A stretch of DNA of 64,000 nucleotides, taken from positions 2,666,001 through 2,730,000 of the forward strand of contig CM039003.1 in NCBI GenBank assembly GCA_017499595.2, given 5' to 3'. The position numbers were made by a program, and so were the translations under genes. The DNA is from Psilocybe cubensis (Eukaryota). The notes below the pieces were generated by a model, which did not search any database, was not told where the DNA came from, and was given only the letters and a program-made list of their open reading frames with translations. Positions 58,261 through 64,000 of this stretch are shown here, in pieces. Every line of letters begins with the position of its first letter. The stretch's first letter is position 1.

Positions 58261-59792
58261 ATGGTACACGCAATGGGCTCCATGACGCTATCTCTGACTA
58301 TCATTTTGCTATGCACTACACCGACATTCGCTTATGGAATGGACTACTCAAACTGGCGGCCGTGGAGGAGAGCTTCGAGTTCAACGAGGAATGTACCTCC
58401 AGAAGGGTTCTATTCGCCATTGGACAATGGTGGATCCATGCTCACTGTGAGTACCCTCAGTTCATACTTTAACATTCTGCAGCGCCGTGCTAATTCAGAC
58501 GGCTTGGCTCCTCATTTGTGTTATCCGCGTGGCTTTTTTTGTTTCTAGGATGTGGAAAACACCTTTCCTCCAGGACAGGGCGAACCCATTAACACGATTA
58601 TTTCTGGGAACTCGGACAGCAGGGTGCTCGTTGACTCGGAGGAAAATGGGGGGCTGAGGAATTATTTTCTGTGCGTTCCATCACTTTTTCTTGGTTGCTT
58701 GGATTCTTGGGCCCCAGCCTGAACGCTGAACTTGGGCTCTTGTCCTCTCTGTTTTTTTTTCTTCGCGTTGCTTTTCTTCTGCTCGGCGTTGATAACAGGT
58801 CGTTGGGATTTTCTGGTGAATGTCTTGGGCAGCATTCAGGCTCTGATCAAGGGGCGAACCTTGGAGACGGGGACGGATTTCGTGAGTTTGCAAATTCATT
58901 GTTCATAACTACGTTGCTGCCGCCACCGCAAGCGAGAATGCAACGTTTGATTTACAATCTTCTAATATAACTCTGCTCTATCCACAGAGAATGAAACGTC
59001 TGTTATTCGATGGAATTATGGAGACCCACAGCTGGGATCGTGTAAGGAGACTATAGAAGGAGGCAACCACTTTCGCTATTGGGTGCAAGATGGTCCTTCT
59101 GCTAACAGGTAAGTGCGGTCATCGTGCTGCCGGTGCGAATTCGGGATACTGAATTGAAGTGCTATCTATCAATAGTGGGGCTATTTTTATGGCCGTGTCA
59201 TATGAATTGCCTTTGAATTGTACGTTGTCTGGATCTAATTAATGTACCCTTGTTGGACTGTAAAGTGCTGATATGGGCACACTTTTTTTAGTGGGGCATG
59301 ATATCATATCCAACGGGTATAACCTTGGAAGGTATGGGCCCCTTTTCTGTTTGCCTGATGCGTTAACCAATCCTCCCGCGATCTACAGAGACTGGCTGAT
59401 AGGCAACATCACGGGGAGCAGTATACCGCCCAACATCACAAATGGGACGACGTTCTCTGGGACGACCTCGTTCGCTGACTTCACATATCACACTGATATC
59501 ACATACATCACCGGACTGCTGGAAAACACTAATGACAATATAAACCACAATATAACAGTCGGAACGGAGTTTGTGAATGCGTCGGATGGCCTGGTTGCGC
59601 TTCTCGATGTAAAGATCACATCTGAGCCTGTAAAATCGTGAGTCTCTTTGTTGATACTCTTCTCCCCTTGATTTGTGTTGACTGAGTCATATTTAAAGAA
59701 CGGCTTTGAAACTGTCGATGCCGCAGTTCTGGCAACTGCTTCCTCTAATGGTCATCCTTGTGCCCAGCCTAGCACCCCCTTTGACTATTTGA
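58261..59792 (+). CDS. Secreted, possibly GPI-anchored protein of unknown function
   Basis: Signal-like LSLTIILLCTTPTFA; exons GFYSPLDNGGSMLT, GEPINTIISGNSD, SLGFSGECLGQHSG, WNYGDPQLGSCKETIEGGNHFRYW; hydrophobic C-terminus (WQLLPLMVILVPSLAPPLTI). Confidence 0.7.
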
Positions 59793-60631
59793 TTCATCCG
59801 GCGATATTGTTTTCTTTTTTTTTCTGCCCATTGATTTGACGCACTATCTCAGTCTCTTTGCATCTACTAACGACCATGATTTATGCATGCCTGTTTTTCT
59901 TTCTTCACGTTTCTAGTTACCCTTTCATTCTATTTTATTGCCTTCACTTTTCTGTTCTCCCTTTCATTCGCGGACTTGTTTTCATTTTCAACGGAATAAC
60001 AAACATCATGCCTAGAAATAACTTCAGCATCGATTAATACCTATCTACTAGACATTTTGATACGAGCTGGCATTGATATCCTCAATTCAAAGTTGTACTT
60101 TCTACAAACTTTCCACATTTGTTTGTCTTTAGTGGCTGTGCATGCATGTATTGGTGGCATGGCTTACGTACTCCCATTCGGGGTCAATAACTACAACGGC
60201 GGACCCGCTATTGTTCTGCCAACAACCACATAAGCCTTTTGAGCTGTGGCATTGTACTCTTTAATCCACTCCCGATTGGCTTCCAGGGCTCCCCTTTGAC
60301 GACCTTTGACGCAAACACCTTTGTATATGTGAATCGTGGTCGTAGCGTAGGCGTCTTTCAACATTTCATTGAACGCCGATTACGGGCTCGATATTAGGGT
60401 ATAACCAAACCCTTTGTTTCTCGGGCATCTGAAAGCCAGTGGCACGTTCATATCATATTCCAAACCTACATTTCCCTTTCTTTCATCAACCACATCTTAC
60501 TTTCTCTCCCCAACCACCATCTTACAAGACCCTTCAACACTTTCCAACACGAATTCTATCCTACTTTATCTTTCCACCCTTTTTTTTTTGCATTGTTGAC
60601 CTAGTGTCGACTGAAGAAGCCGTTTTTTGTT

Positions 60632-61930
60632 ATGTTAACACAGGTACCGCCACGGTTGTTTGTGATTTTGGATGATAACACGATCAGTGACGCTACCCGC
60701 GACCGTCAGGAGGAACGAAGGCCCAAGAAGAGGGCAAGAGTCGATTCAGACGACGAAGAGGCGCCCCAGCCGTCGGTCAAAAGAGATTCGTCACCAGGTC
60801 CGGTGTACACTCGCGACCCTGATTACTACCAGGACCATGGAGATAATCTGGCGCATATCCTTGTAGGAGCAGTGATGTTCAAGGTGAGTGACCATTTCTA
60901 AGGGATGACAGTGATGAAGAATCCCACAATCCGTGTAGTTCCCGGGAATCAAGCTCGATAGTTGCCCAACTTTGCTAGAGGCATGGAGAAAGCACGGGAA
61001 AACGACAGAAAGCAACCCGCTCGTGTTCAAGACAATCACTCTGGAAGAATTTAGGGCTTTTGCATGGGCGATTCACGCGTCGTGCGTCAAATTATCAACT
61101 GCATTCTTACTGATGTACTGACTAGAACCTACAGAACAACGGATCTGGATACCTCCCCTCATGAACCCACGTACCTAGAACGTCTCGCGCTGATTGCTTC
61201 AATCACCCAGCGATACAAGATGCAAATCCTGGAAAACTGGTGCCAACAGTTCCTCAAAAATCTCGTCGCCGACACCGTTTTCCTCAGCTCGTGCTCGTCT
61301 GCCTGTCTTACCCACCTTGTCCATTCATCCGTCATATTCAACAAAACCGGTCCTAATAAGCAGCTCGAGATCCTCGTCGACCGCTGGATCCGCCGGATCG
61401 AGAACAAGGACACCCCCTGTGCACCGGCCATCATCGCCGCGGACCGCTTCAACCTCAAGGAGCTCCGCGCCGTCGCGTACTACAACCACCTGCAGGACAT
61501 GGTCGAGGGCCTCCCCAGCAATGATCGCGGTGCGATCATGCTCCGCGCCGACCCCAAGCTCAACAACGGCCAGGTCATGCGCCTCCTCGCTGGCTATCTC
61601 TCTCTCGTCAGCATGTGGGAGCGCCTGAGGATGTCCCCACTCGACCTTCCGCGGGCCGCCACTGGCGCGTGCACGGCCGCGACGCACGCCAAGTGCAAGA
61701 CGACGTGGGAGAAGCGCTGGACGTCGGCCGTGGGCTGGAAGCGCATTTTGAGCATCAACTCGTCGGATATTCTCGCGCTGCTTGCGTGCTTGCGCGATCA
61801 GCTTATGAACGATGATGACCTCAGGGCGGGGATGGATCCGGACTGTCGCTTGGCGGGCCTCGAGGCGCTGCGTACGCTCAGGACCAAGGTTAAGGGTGAT
61901 ATTGACGATCACTTCTACGGCGTTGTGTAA
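60632..61930 (+). CDS. BTB/POZ-like domain protein; start uncertain
   Basis: YTRDPDYYQDHG..ILVGAVMFK|..SNPLVFKTITLEEFRAFAWAIHA|..LASITQRYKM pattern of agaricomycete BTB proteins. Confidence 0.7.
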
Positions 61931-62217
61931 ATTGGACCACCCTGATGATGTCCTATGGACGTGTAATGCTCTATCTTTTACATGTATGATTGATTGTATT
62001 TCTACTTGTGGAAATTCGGTGCTCTAGGTTATCTGTGATACCTTCGATGTACATACTAGTAATATGGATAATCGGAAATAATTTTCGATTGAAAGTATTG
62101 TTCAAGAATTCTAAGTAACGAACGACTAGACAGGTAAGTATATAGTCTCTGAAGTCCGAGCTACGTGTATGTCCAGAGATTAATAAATAAATGTTCGCCA
62201 TATAATGATGTCACTGC

Positions 62218-64000
62218 TTAGGCAGGAAATGCCATGGAATACAAAGCCTTTTTATCTCTGCTTCCATCCACAAGAGATTTAAACCGGCTCCCCTCCCTTC
62301 CCAAAAGTACTTTAGGTTCATCGAATTCGAGCTAAGCGGCGTAACGATGACTCAGCATCTCGTATCCCTCATCTCTCTAAGAGACATATCAGAGAATTAA
62401 AATGACTCACAATCCGACCTTCATCTAACACGAGCTGGATGAGATGGAATATGAGCAGTTGGCAGGAGATAAAGTAGTTAGAACCACACACGATTTTATC
62501 AGCGTCCATTATTGTCTGGAGTCGATGGGCCACTGTCAATACGGTGACGTCTGATCCAAGCTCATTCCTCAGAGATGCTTGGATGATAGCATCGGTCTTA
62601 TGATCTAAGAACAAATCAGTGGTTTCGACAACAAAAGTTGATTGAAAATATTAAGTTACATACCAATTGCAGACGTTGCTGTAAATTATTATCACAATTA
62701 CGGTACCATCATTCTCCGCTTCATGAGAATTTATGTGCACCATCACATACCTTCATCCAATATCAATAATTTGCTGTTCCGGACAATAGCCCGCGCAAGG
62801 GCAATGATCTGACGTTGACCTACCGATAAATTCTGCCCACCGCTCGAAATAAACGTATCCAGAGAAAATTTGCCATTTTCTTCTGTCTCTTGAAGAGAGA
62901 ACAGTCCTGCAGAGCGCAAGGCGCCATTGAGAGTGGCATCGTCATGTTGCTCGAAGGGGTCTAGATTCCGGCGGAGAGTCCCTTGTTAGATAGAAATAAT
63001 ATATAATTAATCCACTTGTGGCTTCCGCCTGAACGAATGCGATGTATATTTACCACTCAATAGTTCAGGCTTGATGAAAGTGGTGTTAGTAGTCAATGTA
63101 TACATTTTCGAGCAAGGAGACGAACCATTTGAGGGATGATGGTTATGCTTGACCTGAGATCGCTCAGATTAATCTTGTTCGTGGGGATTCCGTCGTAGTA
63201 GACGGTGCCGTCCGTCAGGATGAGGCGCAATAGGGAAAGTGTCAGCGAGCTCTGGATTCTTGATAAGCAAAATCAAGTAAAATCAGAAAAAATCTTGAGC
63301 AATACCTTTCCACTTCCCGTTCTTCCCACTGCGAAAACAAAAATTGTTAGCATTGAAGCTACAGTGTGTAGTATAAAACGAACCAATCCCAATTCTTTCC
63401 CCTGATTTTACGGAAAATGACACATTATGAAGCACTTCCGGTCCTTTCTAATCCTCCAAATTAACATCATTGTGTTAGCTGTTAAAAGACCAAATATTTT
63501 TCTCACCGCAGAGTATCGAGCAGAAAGTCCTTCCACCTCCAAACTTCCACTAGTTGGCCATGCAGCCGGTGGCTTTCCTGCCTCTGTTGCCTCGGACTCA
63601 TGCTCAATGTCAAGGTAACGTCTAACTCTCTCCAAGCTTCAACACAAATGCATCAGCAGATTTCCCTTTCCCAAAAGTAACAGCGTACCTATTCGCTTGC
63701 ACTTCCAAGTCATTAAAATACCTCACCAGCCATAGAATCGACGAGCAAAACTCCAACGACATGGTCAAAGAGAATCCAACATTCGACGTGTTCAGTTTCC
63801 TGTTGATGAGCATGTACGACGCTAGGGCAGCCGTGAAGGTAGCGCTCAGGAAGTCGATGCGTACCCCAAGCCAGCGATTGAGGGGTGTCCAGGCTACTTT
63901 CATATAGTGGTCTATCCGTTTTAGCAGCTCTTGTCGGAAGGGCTCTTGAGCACCGTATGCTCGGATTGATACTTCCAGGCCTGAATTCAGCCGACCAACA
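62218..64000 (-). CDS. ABCC/MRP-type ABC transporter, paralog 3 (3' part; runs off the window)
   Basis: [66 protein letters not shown]; stop TAA at 62218-62220. Confidence 0.9.

Noticed and set aside
11434-64000. Secondary-metabolite gene cluster suggested by three ABC transporters
   Set aside because: No PKS, NRPS, terpene synthase, P450 or repeat-core RiPP precursor is present in the window.

Overview
Intron-rich fungal genomic DNA, most likely an agaricomycete (mushroom-forming basidiomycete). This is inferred from the ~50-nt introns, microexons and gene families; the species cannot be named from the sequence. Conserved genes: TAF6, eIF3i/TIF34 and an RRM+YTH protein. Expanded families: three ABCC/MRP-type ABC transporter paralogs (all minus strand), two F-box-like families including relic copies, C2H2, MYND and BTB-like proteins, a FunK1-type fungal kinase and a secreted protein. 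The most striking element is an apparently recent L1-like non-LTR retrotransposon (20771-26171). It has a perfect 20-bp target-site duplication, a poly(A) tail and an intact EN-RT ORF, but its RNase H-like domain lacks the catalytic acidic residues, no ORF1 is visible, and its 3' end is an array of hairpins. Other notable points: several GC-AG introns and one broken TT donor in the ABC paralogs, intron presence/absence differences between those paralogs, F-box half-genes that may mark a ~10-kb inversion, and an inverted palindromic motif between an ABC gene and a kinase gene. No rRNA, tRNA or CRISPR was seen. Gene models were read by eye, so boundaries are approximate where stated.
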